A stretch of 64,000 nt of DNA from an uncultured bacterium (GTDB taxonomy: Bacteria > UBP14 > UBA6098). The notes under the pieces were generated by a model. It saw only the letters and a list, made by a program, of their open reading frames with translations, ran no database searches and was not told the DNA's origin. The stretch is from contig CAYWOR010000001.1 of NCBI GenBank assembly GCA_964459995.1, forward strand, positions 145,328 through 209,327, read 5' to 3'. This document shows, piece after piece, positions 26,725-36,594 of the stretch (position 1 is the first letter of the stretch; every line of letters begins with the position of its first letter). The position numbers and the translations under genes were made by a program.

Positions 26725-28329
26725 ATGAACGATAACTATCTTGAAAACATCGACCCGACCGACCATCGCGCGGTTCGTCTCGCGAAGGCCGACTATCTTC
26801 GCAAATCCGGCATCGACCCATATCCGGCGAGAACTCCGGATGGGCGCGTTACAATCGAATCGATTCGTAATGATTGGAAGAATGCTGTTCAGCAAACCGA
26901 CGAGAACCACCAAGTTTCGCGCCATGGTGCGATTAGACGCCTTGCGGGACGCATAACCGCAGTTCGGTCGCACGGCAAATCCTCATTTGTGGCTATTCAG
27001 GACGGCACCGGTAGCTTTCAGTTGTATTTCAAAAAGAACACGGTCGAGGAAAAAATGGCTGACGAATCGGCCTATGACCGCATCAAAGAGCTTGATATCG
27101 GCGATTTTGTAACAGCAGAGGGCGAGCTTTTCACCACGCGCACCGGCGAGGCGACTCTCGCTGTGCATAACTGGCAGATGCTCTCGAAATCGCTCCTGCC
27201 GATGCCGGAAAAATACCACGGCCTCACGGACCCGGATTTGCGCCTGCGACAGCGCTATCTCGACCTTCTTGCGAACCCTGAAGTCAAGCGAAACCTGACA
27301 ATCCGCGCGCTTGTAATCCGCACGATTCGGGAGTTTCTCGAGGCAGAGGGTTATATCGAACTGGAAACCCCTGCGTTGACACCTCTCTACGGCGGTGCGG
27401 CGGCAAGACCGTTTATGACGCACCATAACGCGCTGGATATCGGGCTGTATCTGCGCATCGCGACGGAGCTTTACCTTAAGAGGCTTATCGTTGGCGGATT
27501 TGAGCGAGTTTACGAGATGGGGAAAGTCTTTCGCAATGAGGGGGTCGATCGCGACCATAATCCTGAGTTCACACTTCTCGAACTGTATGAGGCGTATGCC
27601 GACTACAACCGGATGATGGAGCTTGCAGAGGGCTTGGTTATAGCTTCTGCGCGGGTGGTGGCGGAGTTTCAGAGCATAAATCCGCTTGTCGATAAAGAGG
27701 GTGCGGAGTTGCCGAATTGCCTCAAAGTGTCTGATGATAAGGTTTTCATGTGTTTGGATGGCGCGGATGTGCCGATCGAGAGACCGTTTCCGCGTAAATC
27801 CTTTGTTGAGGCCATTCTTAACGCGACCGAAATCGATGTCCTTTGCGCCGAAAAGGGCGACCTTGTGGCATATTTCAAAAAGCACGACATCGATTTCAAC
27901 CCGAATCTGCCCTACTGGCCGCTTGTCGATAAGCTTTTCTCGGAGACCGTGGAGCCAAAGCTTGTCGAGCCGATATTCCTAATCGATTATCCTGTGGGGC
28001 TTTCGCCGCTGGCAAAGCGCAAAAGCGACAATTCCGAATTGACAGAACGATTTGAACTATTCATCATGGGCAAAGAAATCGCGAACGCTTTCAGCGAGCT
28101 TAACGACCCTATAGATCAGCGCGCGCGAATGGAATATCAGGTTGAACAGGCCAAACATGGCGACGAGGACGCGCCAAATGTTGTTGACGAGGATTTTCTT
28201 ACCGCGCTCGAGCATGGAATGCCGCCCACGGGCGGAATGGGGGTCGGGATAGGCCGTCTGGTGGCGATTTTGGCGGGTGCTCATGCAATAAAAGATGTAA
28301 TCCCCTTCCCGCTGGTCAAGCCGAGATAA
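26725..28329 (+). CDS. lysS: Lysine--tRNA ligase (class II), 534 aa
   Basis: Trimmed from the track ORF 26479 to the ATG at 26725 with a GGAG RBS. An N-terminal OB anticodon-binding fold. Class II motifs (FRNEG ... ELFIMGKEIANAFSELNDPIDQ ... GGMGVGIGRLVAIL). Confidence 0.9.
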   Translation: MNDNYLENIDPTDHRAVRLAKADYLRKSGIDPYPARTPDGRVTIESIRNDWKNAVQQTDENHQVSRHGAIRRLAGRITAVRSHGKSSFVAIQDGTGSFQLYFKKNTVEEKMADESAYDRIKELDIGDFVTAEGELFTTRTGEATLAVHNWQMLSKSLLPMPEKYHGLTDPDLRLRQRYLDLLANPEVKRNLTIRALVIRTIREFLEAEGYIELETPALTPLYGGAAARPFMTHHNALDIGLYLRIATELYLKRLIVGGFERVYEMGKVFRNEGVDRDHNPEFTLLELYEAYADYNRMMELAEGLVIASARVVAEFQSINPLVDKEGAELPNCLKVSDDKVFMCLDGADVPIERPFPRKSFVEAILNATEIDVLCAEKGDLVAYFKKHDIDFNPNLPYWPLVDKLFSETVEPKLVEPIFLIDYPVGLSPLAKRKSDNSELTERFELFIMGKEIANAFSELNDPIDQRARMEYQVEQAKHGDEDAPNVVDEDFLTALEHGMPPTGGMGVGIGRLVAILAGAHAIKDVIPFPLVKPR

Positions 28330-28375
28330 GTCGATAACTAATTGTCAAATAAATACTTATGTGGAAGGCAATAAT

Positions 28376-30511
28376 ATGCAATCCAAGAAAGCTATCTTCG
28401 CATTAACATTGGTGATCGCGGTTTTTTCGTCGCTTGGCGGAACAATATCCGGCAAAGTTACCGATGCTGAGACCGGCAAACCCCTTATGGGAGCCACTTT
28501 GCGGATTGATTCGATTAAAAGATCGACCGGCACAAATTCGGAAGGGCGATATTTTCTCAATAATATACCCACCGGAAGATACGCCCTGAAAGCCTCGCAT
28601 GTGGGATTTGCGATACAAGTAATCGAAGAAGTCGAGGTTGAGACAGGAATGGAAACTAAGGTCGATGTTCGGCTTGTCAGTTCGCCAATTATTGGGAAAA
28701 CGGTCGAGGTTTCCACGCCGACACGTAGGGTTCAGCTCCTTGAAGACACGCCTGAGATCACTATGGTTGTGCGCGATGTCGATTTTAGGAAGTTCTCTCC
28801 GAGAGATATTTCGACAGCTGTTGCTTATCTTCCCGGAGTTAGTATCGAGGGCGGCACCGGCTCCGGCCAACCTGACGACAAAATTGTCTCGATAAACGGC
28901 CTTCCCGCGCATTACAGCCTTGTTTTGATGGACGGCACGAGGGTGGTCAGCTCGCATTGGCACACTGGCGCGAATGTCAATATTATTCCACCGGAAGCAA
29001 TCGAGCAAATAGAGGTGGTAAAGGGCGCGGCATCGGCTCAATACGGGAGCGACGGAATGGGCGGAGTTTTAAATATTATCACAAAACGAGGTGATAGTAA
29101 TCGAAATATGGAGCTTGTTGCTTCCGGCGGAAGCCGCAATTCTCAGTATTATGCCCTCGCGAACTACGGAATAATCACGGATGACATTAAATACGGAACA
29201 TTTGTCGGATGGCAGAAAACGGACGGCGATTCGATTCTCAAACCTGCGCATCGGCTTGGCCAGCTTGGATTCGATAGATTCACACTGTTTCAAAATGTCG
29301 ATGCCAATTTCTGCGAGAAATTTTCGTCACGGGCGCAGATGTTTTATATGTCCTCGCACAGCGAATTTCGGGGCGAGGAGTATGAATCGTGGCTGATTAC
29401 GCCGAAGATCGATTTGGAGTATTCAGCCGGAGATGATCTCGATTTCGCACTTTCCGGGTATTACACGCAATGGAACGGCGAGATCAACGCCGAAAAAAAC
29501 GAGATTGCCGAACCGAAGCTAACCGTTGGATATGGCGGATTTGCGGAGAATTATTTGCTTGCTGGCGCCGAGTGGACATATCGCAATTTCACGCGGACTT
29601 CGGTGCCGGAGAAAAGCCAAACAGCAGTCGGGATTTTCCTTCAGGATGAATTGACGCCGACCGCCAAACTGTCTTTGTTGGGGGCTTTGCGGTTCGATAA
29701 GGTCGAGAAAATCAGCGGTGTGCTTACGCCGAAACTTACGGCTGTGTTCAAACCGAATAGCCTTGTCGATGCTCGTCTTTCGGTCGGACGCGGTTTTCGT
29801 GCGCCCACGGTTCAGGACTTATACGAGGAATCTTACGGCCACGGCACTTACAGACGCGAGGGAAATCCCGATCTCAAACCGGAATACTCGACCGGCATAA
29901 CCGGCGGGTTCGAGATTCACCCCATTCCACGACTCACAGTTCTAATCGACGGCTATTATACAACGCTGACAGACATGATAACACCGGCTTATAGCCACAC
30001 GGAGCTTGTTGTGAACCCCACTTCCGGCGACACTTCAGAGTTAGCGATTTATGTTCGGCAGAATATTTACAGCGCGAAAGTTATGGGCGGGGAAGTCAGG
30101 CTAAATTACAATCTATTCCGCGATTTCGCCCTAGAAACGGCTTTTAATTATACCCATAACGAAAACGAAGAAACGGGAACCTGTCTTCCATATTATCCCG
30201 GTATTACGGCATCTGCGAAGATTACAGGTTTTGAGGCTATCGGGTCGAAAGTTGGAATAGGCGGGTTTGTCGGGGTGAATTTTGCTGGAAACCGCAAAGT
30301 GTGGAACTGGAATAATATTGCGGCGGAGACCGAACTCGAGGACTACTACAAACTCGATGCCGGAATGAATCTTCGTTTACTCGACCGGTTCGAGCTTTTC
30401 GGCACGGCTGAAAACCTTCTCGGACACGAAATTATGATGTTCGAGGATGCCGAGATGATTATCGCGGGTGTTCCCCATTTCACCTTCGGGCTGAGAATCC
30501 GCTCAAATTAA
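28376..30511 (+). CDS. TonB-dependent outer-membrane receptor with an N-terminal carboxypeptidase-regulatory-like domain (711 aa)
   Basis: GGAAGG RBS before the ATG at 28376. Signal peptide MQSKKAIFALTLVIAVFSS. CarbopepD_reg domain (ISGKVTDAETGKPLMGATLRI...GRYALKASHVGF). Plug motifs (AVAYLPGVSIEGG ... IEVVKGAASAQYGSDGMGGVLNIITK), then a beta-barrel. Confidence 0.85.
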   Translation: MQSKKAIFALTLVIAVFSSLGGTISGKVTDAETGKPLMGATLRIDSIKRSTGTNSEGRYFLNNIPTGRYALKASHVGFAIQVIEEVEVETGMETKVDVRLVSSPIIGKTVEVSTPTRRVQLLEDTPEITMVVRDVDFRKFSPRDISTAVAYLPGVSIEGGTGSGQPDDKIVSINGLPAHYSLVLMDGTRVVSSHWHTGANVNIIPPEAIEQIEVVKGAASAQYGSDGMGGVLNIITKRGDSNRNMELVASGGSRNSQYYALANYGIITDDIKYGTFVGWQKTDGDSILKPAHRLGQLGFDRFTLFQNVDANFCEKFSSRAQMFYMSSHSEFRGEEYESWLITPKIDLEYSAGDDLDFALSGYYTQWNGEINAEKNEIAEPKLTVGYGGFAENYLLAGAEWTYRNFTRTSVPEKSQTAVGIFLQDELTPTAKLSLLGALRFDKVEKISGVLTPKLTAVFKPNSLVDARLSVGRGFRAPTVQDLYEESYGHGTYRREGNPDLKPEYSTGITGGFEIHPIPRLTVLIDGYYTTLTDMITPAYSHTELVVNPTSGDTSELAIYVRQNIYSAKVMGGEVRLNYNLFRDFALETAFNYTHNENEETGTCLPYYPGITASAKITGFEAIGSKVGIGGFVGVNFAGNRKVWNWNNIAAETELEDYYKLDAGMNLRLLDRFELFGTAENLLGHEIMMFEDAEMIIAGVPHFTFGLRIRSN

Positions 30512-30541
30512 GGCGTTAACGCGCCAAAATACCAACGCCAA

Positions 30542-30570
30542 CCCCGCCTTTGCGCGGGGTTTTCTTTTGT
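30542..30570 (+). terminator. Rho-independent terminator (CCCCGCctttgcGCGGGGTTTTCTTTTG)
   Basis: 6-bp GC stem and a T-tract, 30 nt after the TonB-receptor stop. Confidence 0.8.
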
Positions 30571-30608
30571 CTTGCTTGCGGAAAGAATTTTTACGATATT
30601 ATAAAGTT

Positions 30609-31832
30609 ATGCGGCTCGAACCCTACATAGCATTTCGTTTTCTCCGTGCGAGACAGAAAAATAAATTTGTGTCGTTGGTGGCGATTTTTGCGGTAGGGGG
30701 AATCATGATCGGCGTCGCGGCGCTTATTGTAAGCCTTTCCGCGATGAACGGTTTCGAGAACGAGGTGCGAAGCAGAATTATCGGGACGACGAGCCATATC
30801 AATGTGCACTCCCTTCGCGCGGAATATATCAAGGAATGGGAGCCGCTTGTTCAGCGGCTTAGCGTGCGAAACGACATCCTTGCCGCCGCGCCTTTTATCT
30901 ACACGAAAATGCCGATCGGTCATAAGGGTAATTTTGACGGCATGATTCTTCGTGGCGTTTTGCCACAATTGCAAAGTTCACTTGGGAATCCCGGAAGCAC
31001 GCTTATCGACGGCATTTGGCTTTCAAATGAGTTTGATACCACGAAAATCCCACCGATAGTCCTCGGAAGATACCTCGCAGAGGGCCTTGGCGCGCATGTC
31101 GGCGACACAGTCCTTATTTACGGAATTCAGGGGCAGAGCGCCGCAAGAATGACCCCGAAAATCAATCGCTTTTTGGTCGATGGTATCTTCGAAACCGGCA
31201 TGTTCGATTTCGACGCCATCCTCGCATACACCCATCTTAAGGCCGCGCAGAGACTACTCGAGCTTGGCGATGCTGTTACTGGTATCGAACTGCGAATCGA
31301 AAACTTTTATGAGGCCGATAAAATCGCGGATAGAATCGAAGATGACCTCGGATTCCCTTATTATGCCCTTTCGTGGGTCGATATGAACAAAAATCTTTTT
31401 GCGTGGATGACCCTCGAAAAGTGGGGGCTTTTTCTTTTGCTGACACTTATTATCGCGGTGGCGGCGTTTAACATCGCGAGCACACTTATAATGGTCGTAA
31501 TGGAGAAAACCTCTCAGATAGGGATTTTGCGGGCGATGGGTGCGACTGCGAAACGAATTCGGCGCATTTTCTTTCTGCAGGGGCTTTTTGTGGGCGTTCT
31601 CGGCACAACTCTTGGCTACATCGTCGGATTCACGCTGGCCTTTATTCAGAATAAATGGGAGGTTATCTCTCTGCCCGCAGATGTCTATTCCATCTCGTCG
31701 TTGCCAATAGAGATGCATGCGGCGGATTTTGTGGTAATCGGGATTATGGCGATGGCGATAACGGTTTTGTCGAGTATTTATCCGGCGTGGAGAGCCTCGC
31801 GCGAGACTCCAATCGACGCTATTAGGCGATGA
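30609..31832 (+). CDS. lolC: Lipoprotein-releasing system permease LolC/E family (FtsX-like, MacB periplasmic domain), 407 aa
   Basis: N-terminus MRLEPYIAFRFLRARQKNKFVSLVAIFAVGGIMIGVAALIVSLSAMNGFE is the typical LolC/E start. 4 TM with a large periplasmic loop. Confidence 0.85.
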   Translation: MRLEPYIAFRFLRARQKNKFVSLVAIFAVGGIMIGVAALIVSLSAMNGFENEVRSRIIGTTSHINVHSLRAEYIKEWEPLVQRLSVRNDILAAAPFIYTKMPIGHKGNFDGMILRGVLPQLQSSLGNPGSTLIDGIWLSNEFDTTKIPPIVLGRYLAEGLGAHVGDTVLIYGIQGQSAARMTPKINRFLVDGIFETGMFDFDAILAYTHLKAAQRLLELGDAVTGIELRIENFYEADKIADRIEDDLGFPYYALSWVDMNKNLFAWMTLEKWGLFLLLTLIIAVAAFNIASTLIMVVMEKTSQIGILRAMGATAKRIRRIFFLQGLFVGVLGTTLGYIVGFTLAFIQNKWEVISLPADVYSISSLPIEMHAADFVVIGIMAMAITVLSSIYPAWRASRETPIDAIRR

Positions 31833-33370
31833 TTATGCGAAAGATTCTCAGCATATTATTGACGAGCTTTGCACTTGCCCTCACATTAATATCGCAGAAT
31901 AATATTACCTTCGCTTTCACATCAAAATTCCAAAGTCAGATTCAGGCGATAGAAGAAAACGGCGTTCAATATGCCGGTGCGGCACGTTTGAGCACTGCGA
32001 TCAGAAATCTTCGGCTTACTTCCGATCGTTTCATTATGCTTGACACTGGCGATCATTTTGCTGGGCGGTTTTATCGCGAAAGGCGTGGCGAACCGGATGT
32101 CGAGCTGATGAACAATTTCCGCTACGACGCCATGCTGGTAGGCTCTTCGGAGCTTTCGATGGGCGAGGATATTTTCGACAACTGGGCGAAATTCGCACGG
32201 TTTCCGCTTTTAATATCGAACCTTATCGCACCGCCGCAGTGCAAAACCTGTCGGCATATAGCGTCTTATACAACCATCGAAAGGGTAGGCCTCACAGTCG
32301 GCGTTTTTGGATTGTTGCCGCGTGAACTCGAGTCTTTCGGGCGGCTTCCGGACAGAATCGGAATCGACGAGGACTATGTCGCGGTCGCGCGCGATATGGT
32401 CGAAATTCTCGAGGAAAAATGTGATATTATAATTTTGCTGTCGCAACTCAACATAGAAAGCAATGTGAAGCTCGCAGAGGAGGTTTGCGAGATCGACCTA
32501 ATCATTGTGAACGATTGGGCGGGCTACGAGGACGAGCCGATTGTCATCGAAAACGAGGCGGGATGCATCACGATTCTCGGGCATGCCGGCGAACGTGGCC
32601 AAAAATTAGGTGTAATCCAGACTACCTGGGACGGTGCCGGCAAACTGGAGGATTATTTCTGGAAACCGATTCTTCTCAGTGATTCGATTCCTCTCGATCC
32701 TGAGGTGCACGAATTCGCGGAGGGCTTTATTCGCCCCGAGGAGCGGCTTTCTGTGGGCGTTTCGACCGTGGAACTCGATGGTAGAAAGGCGATTTTGCTC
32801 GGTGCCGAATCGAACCTCGGTAATTTCGTCGCGGATGCTTGCAAAGCGGCTTTCCCTAACGCGGAAATTGCCGTAATCCCCGGAGGCTCGATTTATGGGG
32901 ATGAGATTATCGAGCCGGGAAACATAACTGCTCAGCAGATTCGCGAGATTTTGCCCTTTGGCGAGAAGGCGGTTTTGCTCGAAATCCCCGGACAGTTGTT
33001 AAAAACCATTCTCGAAAGAGCGGCGTGCAATATCGAGAACAACTATGGCGGATTTATGCAGATTTCAGGGGCATCGGTTCGGATTGACACCTCGAAAAGC
33101 GCGCAGTGTATCGACTTGGCAACTGGCAATATGGAGCGCGAAGGTTCGAGAGTTCGCGAGATTAAAATCGACGGAGCTAAATTTGAAAAGGACAAGACCT
33201 ACAAAGTCGTAACCACAGATTTCGCGGCCGTGGGTGGATTCGGTTACGAGTGGCTCGTGGAGATTCCCAGAATAGCAGGCCGCGAGCTTTCGGAAATTCT
33301 AATCGAATATATCGAGGCAAGCTCGCCTATCTCGCCGAAATATGAGGGGCGAATTATTATCGAACCATGA
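31829..33370 (+). CDS. Bifunctional metallophosphatase / 5'-nucleotidase family protein (513 aa)
   Basis: Its ATGA start overlaps the lolC stop. Signal peptide. Calcineurin-like metallophosphatase motifs (LDTGDHFAGR ... GNHE-like), then a 5'-nucleotidase C-terminal domain. Confidence 0.7.
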   Translation: MIMRKILSILLTSFALALTLISQNNITFAFTSKFQSQIQAIEENGVQYAGAARLSTAIRNLRLTSDRFIMLDTGDHFAGRFYRERRGEPDVELMNNFRYDAMLVGSSELSMGEDIFDNWAKFARFPLLISNLIAPPQCKTCRHIASYTTIERVGLTVGVFGLLPRELESFGRLPDRIGIDEDYVAVARDMVEILEEKCDIIILLSQLNIESNVKLAEEVCEIDLIIVNDWAGYEDEPIVIENEAGCITILGHAGERGQKLGVIQTTWDGAGKLEDYFWKPILLSDSIPLDPEVHEFAEGFIRPEERLSVGVSTVELDGRKAILLGAESNLGNFVADACKAAFPNAEIAVIPGGSIYGDEIIEPGNITAQQIREILPFGEKAVLLEIPGQLLKTILERAACNIENNYGGFMQISGASVRIDTSKSAQCIDLATGNMEREGSRVREIKIDGAKFEKDKTYKVVTTDFAAVGGFGYEWLVEIPRIAGRELSEILIEYIEASSPISPKYEGRIIIEP

Positions 33371-33432
33371 TAGCTCTGAAAATCACAGATTCCAGTGCTC
33401 GATTTTGGGCGAGCGCTTTCAAATCGCCGCGA

Positions 33433-33795
33433 ATGATTATGCTGACTCTCGCGGCGTTGGTTTTATTATTTTTCGGATGTTCGGAGCCTGAGCGTTTCGG
33501 CGACGCAGAAATCGAGGCGCGGAAGGCATCATTGTGCGAACTCGTCGCGAGTTATGAACTTTTCGTCGATGAAACTGTCAAAGTCGCCGGGATAATCGAG
33601 CGCGAAAAATTGTTATCGCGAGATTTGAAATGCTCGATAGAGGTGTTTCCGGTCGGATTCGCTTTTCCGGACAGCATTATCGGTGGAAAAGCGGAATGCA
33701 TCGGGATCGTTTTTTATCAGGAAGAAACCGACAACCCCGGATTTGCGGTTTTTGGAATTAGGGTTCGTCCACCCCGACGACGCGGAAGCCGCTAA
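33433..33795 (+). CDS. Small lipoprotein, unknown function (about 120 aa)
   Basis: The ORF runs 33367..33795. The internal start MIMLTLAALVLLFFGCSE gives a canonical lipobox signal. Its 3' end overlaps a convergent minus-strand gene by about 38 nt. Confidence 0.5.
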   Translation: MIMLTLAALVLLFFGCSEPERFGDAEIEARKASLCELVASYELFVDETVKVAGIIEREKLLSRDLKCSIEVFPVGFAFPDSIIGGKAECIGIVFYQEETDNPGFAVFGIRVRPPRRRGSR

Positions 33796-34393
33796 GCTCT
33801 CGGCTCGCGACTATATTCACCACCTCGCCGCCCCACTCGAATTCCACTGTTCGAACAACTTTGCAGGGCAAATCCTTACCTTTGCGCACCTCGATGAACT
33901 CCCATACATCGTCGGATTTAGATTTTCCTCGGCCAGTGCGCTCCATGCGCATCACGCGGAAAAAGCCGTCGCCGGACATATAGCAGAACAGTGTCTCTTC
34001 GCCGAGAAAGAGGCGGAATTTCCAGCACATTAAGCCATCGACGCGGGTTCGTGTTTTGTTGACCGCTATCGAGTCGAATTCTGCGCGGGCGAGTTCGAGC
34101 GGGAAGGCGATGAGAGCGAGTTCAGGGGCGAAGGGGGAGATTTTGTTGGCGAAATCGCATCGTTGCTCGGAGATATCGAGTGTGTCGATCCCCTCGGCGA
34201 TTGTTGTATCGTCTGCCGAAATTACGATGCATCGCGAATCGGCGATCCAGATTGAATCCGACGAAAGTCTATCTCGGAAAAAGCGCAGAAGAATCTCCGA
34301 CGAGGGCGGTTCGATAGCTATCGCCGTCAGGGAGAAAATCGAGCAGATGAAAATCGCGAAGAAAAAGTTTCTCATAATAAAAAGGGCGGACAT
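33758..34393 (-). CDS. Secreted protein, unknown function (about 205-211 aa)
   Basis: Signal peptide (MSALFIMRNFFFAIFICSIFSLTAIA). The alternative start M7 at 34375 lies just after a terminator hairpin. It converges on and overlaps the small lipoprotein gene. Confidence 0.55.
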   Translation of the reverse strand: MSALFIMRNFFFAIFICSIFSLTAIAIEPPSSEILLRFFRDRLSSDSIWIADSRCIVISADDTTIAEGIDTLDISEQRCDFANKISPFAPELALIAFPLELARAEFDSIAVNKTRTRVDGLMCWKFRLFLGEETLFCYMSGDGFFRVMRMERTGRGKSKSDDVWEFIEVRKGKDLPCKVVRTVEFEWGGEVVNIVASRELSGFRVVGVDEP

Positions 34394-34407
34394 AAGCGTC
34401 CGCCCCG
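34384..34407 (-). terminator. Rho-independent terminator on the minus strand (GGGGCGGACgcttatGTCCGCCCTTTTTATT), closing the GlmL-like/membrane operon
   Basis: 8-bp GC stem, 6-nt loop and a T-run, read on the minus strand about 30 nt after the stop of 34436..35065. Confidence 0.8.
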
Positions 34408-34435
34408 GTTCGATGTTCGAATCTGCGCTTCGGAA

Positions 34436-35065
34436 TTAACCGGCAAGTCCGATGCCGAGGAAATCGCGAAGCACGAAAAGAACGCGTCCGATGAAAAGGG
34501 ACAGACGCGCCATCACGGTATATCCGAAGGTTGCGCCGAAGCCTATCATCAGGAACCAAATGCCAACCTTGGCCGCGCCGCCGAAAACGCCTTTATGCTC
34601 CTTCGAGAAGAAGAAATAAATGAGCACAGTCAGCACGCCGACGAAGATTATGATGTTGTTGATGCCCTCGCCGCTTGTGAAGCTTAGGTTGAGCATCGTG
34701 GCTTCGAGCTGGCGAAGCACGCTTGCCTGCATACTTCTCGGAATGGCCATACCCGAACCCGCGCCGACCGTGAAACAAATGGCGTAACGCGACAACCAGC
34801 TGTATTTCGGCACGATACGAAGAATCATCATCAAACCGAGAATAGCCGGGATGATAAGCTCGATGCGGCCATCCTGGAAGACCGGTTGATAGAATCTCGG
34901 AATGAAGCTGTTGAAATAGATAATCACAGCGCCGTAACCGATGGAAACGCCCACTGTAACGTGTTCGGCCAGCTTGTAAAAGGGGTTGTCTTTATACAGA
35001 AAGCTGAGCACCGAGAAGGTGAAGAAAACACCTATCCAGACCCATGGATTCATTGATATCTGCAT
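34436..35065 (-). CDS. Polytopic membrane protein (about 6 TM), unknown function (209 aa)
   Basis: Trimmed from the track start at 35224 (a GTG inside the upstream gene) to the ATG at 35065 with an AAGGAG RBS, giving MQISMNPWVWIGVFF... It is the last gene of the operon. Confidence 0.65.
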   Translation of the reverse strand: MQISMNPWVWIGVFFTFSVLSFLYKDNPFYKLAEHVTVGVSIGYGAVIIYFNSFIPRFYQPVFQDGRIELIIPAILGLMMILRIVPKYSWLSRYAICFTVGAGSGMAIPRSMQASVLRQLEATMLNLSFTSGEGINNIIIFVGVLTVLIYFFFSKEHKGVFGGAAKVGIWFLMIGFGATFGYTVMARLSLFIGRVLFVLRDFLGIGLAG

Positions 35066-35069
35066 TATC

Positions 35070-35921
35070 TCAGCTCCTTGCCTTTTTTTGTCTGCTGATT
35101 GCGATATGACCGATGTTGCCGATGATGATGAACAGGATGATGATGACGTGCGCCCAGTTCTGCGCCTCCATGCCCATAGTGGCCATGCGCTTCTCATCGA
35201 TAAGGGTCTCATATTCGGCCGCACCCTTCAGCCCGCCGAGCATTCCAAGGAATTGCCCCGACTGAATATATGGATACAAATCCGCCGCTGAAACCGCTGT
35301 AACACCGGTTGCAAGGGTAACTCCGTAAGGCTCGTGGCCGAAGGTAAGCCATAGTCCGTAGGCGGATGAACCGGTAAAGCTCACTATCAGGTCGTAGTCC
35401 TCGAAGTTCTTGATATTCTGGAAAATGGGAAGCTCGGAGATAGCGGTGCCGTAATAATCGGTCGGGAAGGCACGGTTGATGTTCTCCATCATGTTCATAA
35501 CGACGATGGAATATCCGATAACCCAAGGCATGAATGCGTAATCGACTCCGTTAACCTTTTTGTAATCTGTCGCGGCTTCCTGAATCATCGGAGCGATAAG
35601 ACCGGGACCTTCGATATAGAGGCTCATCGCAATGACCTTGATGTCGTTCTTCAAACAATGCCTGAAGAGCGCATCGAACATCGGCGAAAGCTCCGGTTCG
35701 ACCGAGGGAGAGTAGTCGGCGGATAATATTACAACGTCATCGGGTGTAAGCGTCTCGATGTAATCGTAAATATCCTTGACCTCTTTTGTGATGGGGATTG
35801 GTAAACCCATTTGGAAGAAGAACGGTAGAATCATAGCCAGAGCGATAATCAAATAGATAATACGCCTGTCTATCTGAATCATCCGTTCCCAGAATGTAAT
35901 TTGTCTTTCGTCTGCCATCAT
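35070..35921 (-). CDS. Membrane-anchored protein (N- and C-terminal TM helices, large central domain), unknown function (283 aa)
   Basis: The listed start at 35972 is a TTG inside the upstream gene. Trimmed to the ATGATG at 35921 with a GGAG/AAGGGG RBS (MMADERQITFWERM...). The C-terminus HVIIILFIIIGNIGHIAI is a TM helix. Confidence 0.6.
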   Translation of the reverse strand: MMADERQITFWERMIQIDRRIIYLIIALAMILPFFFQMGLPIPITKEVKDIYDYIETLTPDDVVILSADYSPSVEPELSPMFDALFRHCLKNDIKVIAMSLYIEGPGLIAPMIQEAATDYKKVNGVDYAFMPWVIGYSIVVMNMMENINRAFPTDYYGTAISELPIFQNIKNFEDYDLIVSFTGSSAYGLWLTFGHEPYGVTLATGVTAVSAADLYPYIQSGQFLGMLGGLKGAAEYETLIDEKRMATMGMEAQNWAHVIIILFIIIGNIGHIAISRQKKARS

Positions 35922-35928
35922 ATTCCCC

Positions 35929-36585
35929 TTAATCTCCACTGCCCATATACGACCGCTCGATGCCGAGGACAATTTTCAGACTGAGCATCATAATGCCAAG
36001 CCCGATTCCGAGTCCCATGCCTCTTTTTGCGGCCATGTTCGGCACGTTGAGGATCCAGTTAGCAATATCGGTGAAAGTCGGCAATGTAGGCCATATTTTA
36101 TGCCAGAAGCTAATCGATTCGCCCAATGGCACACGTCCGAGCATAACGATAACAGCGGCGATGAGCAATGCGGTAGCTTGGGCGCTTCTTGCTCTAAATG
36201 CCCTATATGCCGCCGAGGCGATATAGAAGGCTAACAGGCTGAACATCGTCGATTCGATGGGCACGAGTATGTATGAATACATATTCATGAAAACCATGCC
36301 CTCGGAGCGTCCCTGAATGAAGCCGAACAGCGCAATTGCCAAAGACATCGCGATTGCCACGAAAGAATAGGGCCATGCCGGAGCCTTTCTTTTGATACGC
36401 ATTCCATGTGCGCGATAGAAGCTGAAATAGGCGATCAGAGACCCGAAAATGCCTATAACGACACTCCAATCGAGGAACGCCTGGAAGAATTGCTCGCTGA
36501 CTCTATGGGGCACGAAATATTGAATTCCGAAGACAAGCCCCATAATGAAGGTAATAGCGAGTGGTATTTGTTTTTTCCAAAGCAT
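35929..36585 (-). CDS. Polytopic membrane protein (about 6 TM), unknown function (218 aa)
   Basis: AGGAGG RBS. Hydrophobic helices throughout (MLWKKQIPLAITFIMGLVFGIQYF...). It lies 9 nt after the stop of the 931-aa gene. Confidence 0.7.
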   Translation of the reverse strand: MLWKKQIPLAITFIMGLVFGIQYFVPHRVSEQFFQAFLDWSVVIGIFGSLIAYFSFYRAHGMRIKRKAPAWPYSFVAIAMSLAIALFGFIQGRSEGMVFMNMYSYILVPIESTMFSLLAFYIASAAYRAFRARSAQATALLIAAVIVMLGRVPLGESISFWHKIWPTLPTFTDIANWILNVPNMAAKRGMGLGIGLGIMMLSLKIVLGIERSYMGSGD

Positions 36586-36594
36586 CGTGGCCTC

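Noticed and set aside
30512-30525. Short palindrome GGCGTTAACGCGCC immediately after the TonB-receptor stop
   Set aside because: Only a 4-bp stem. The true terminator is the GC hairpin plus T-tract 20 nt further on.
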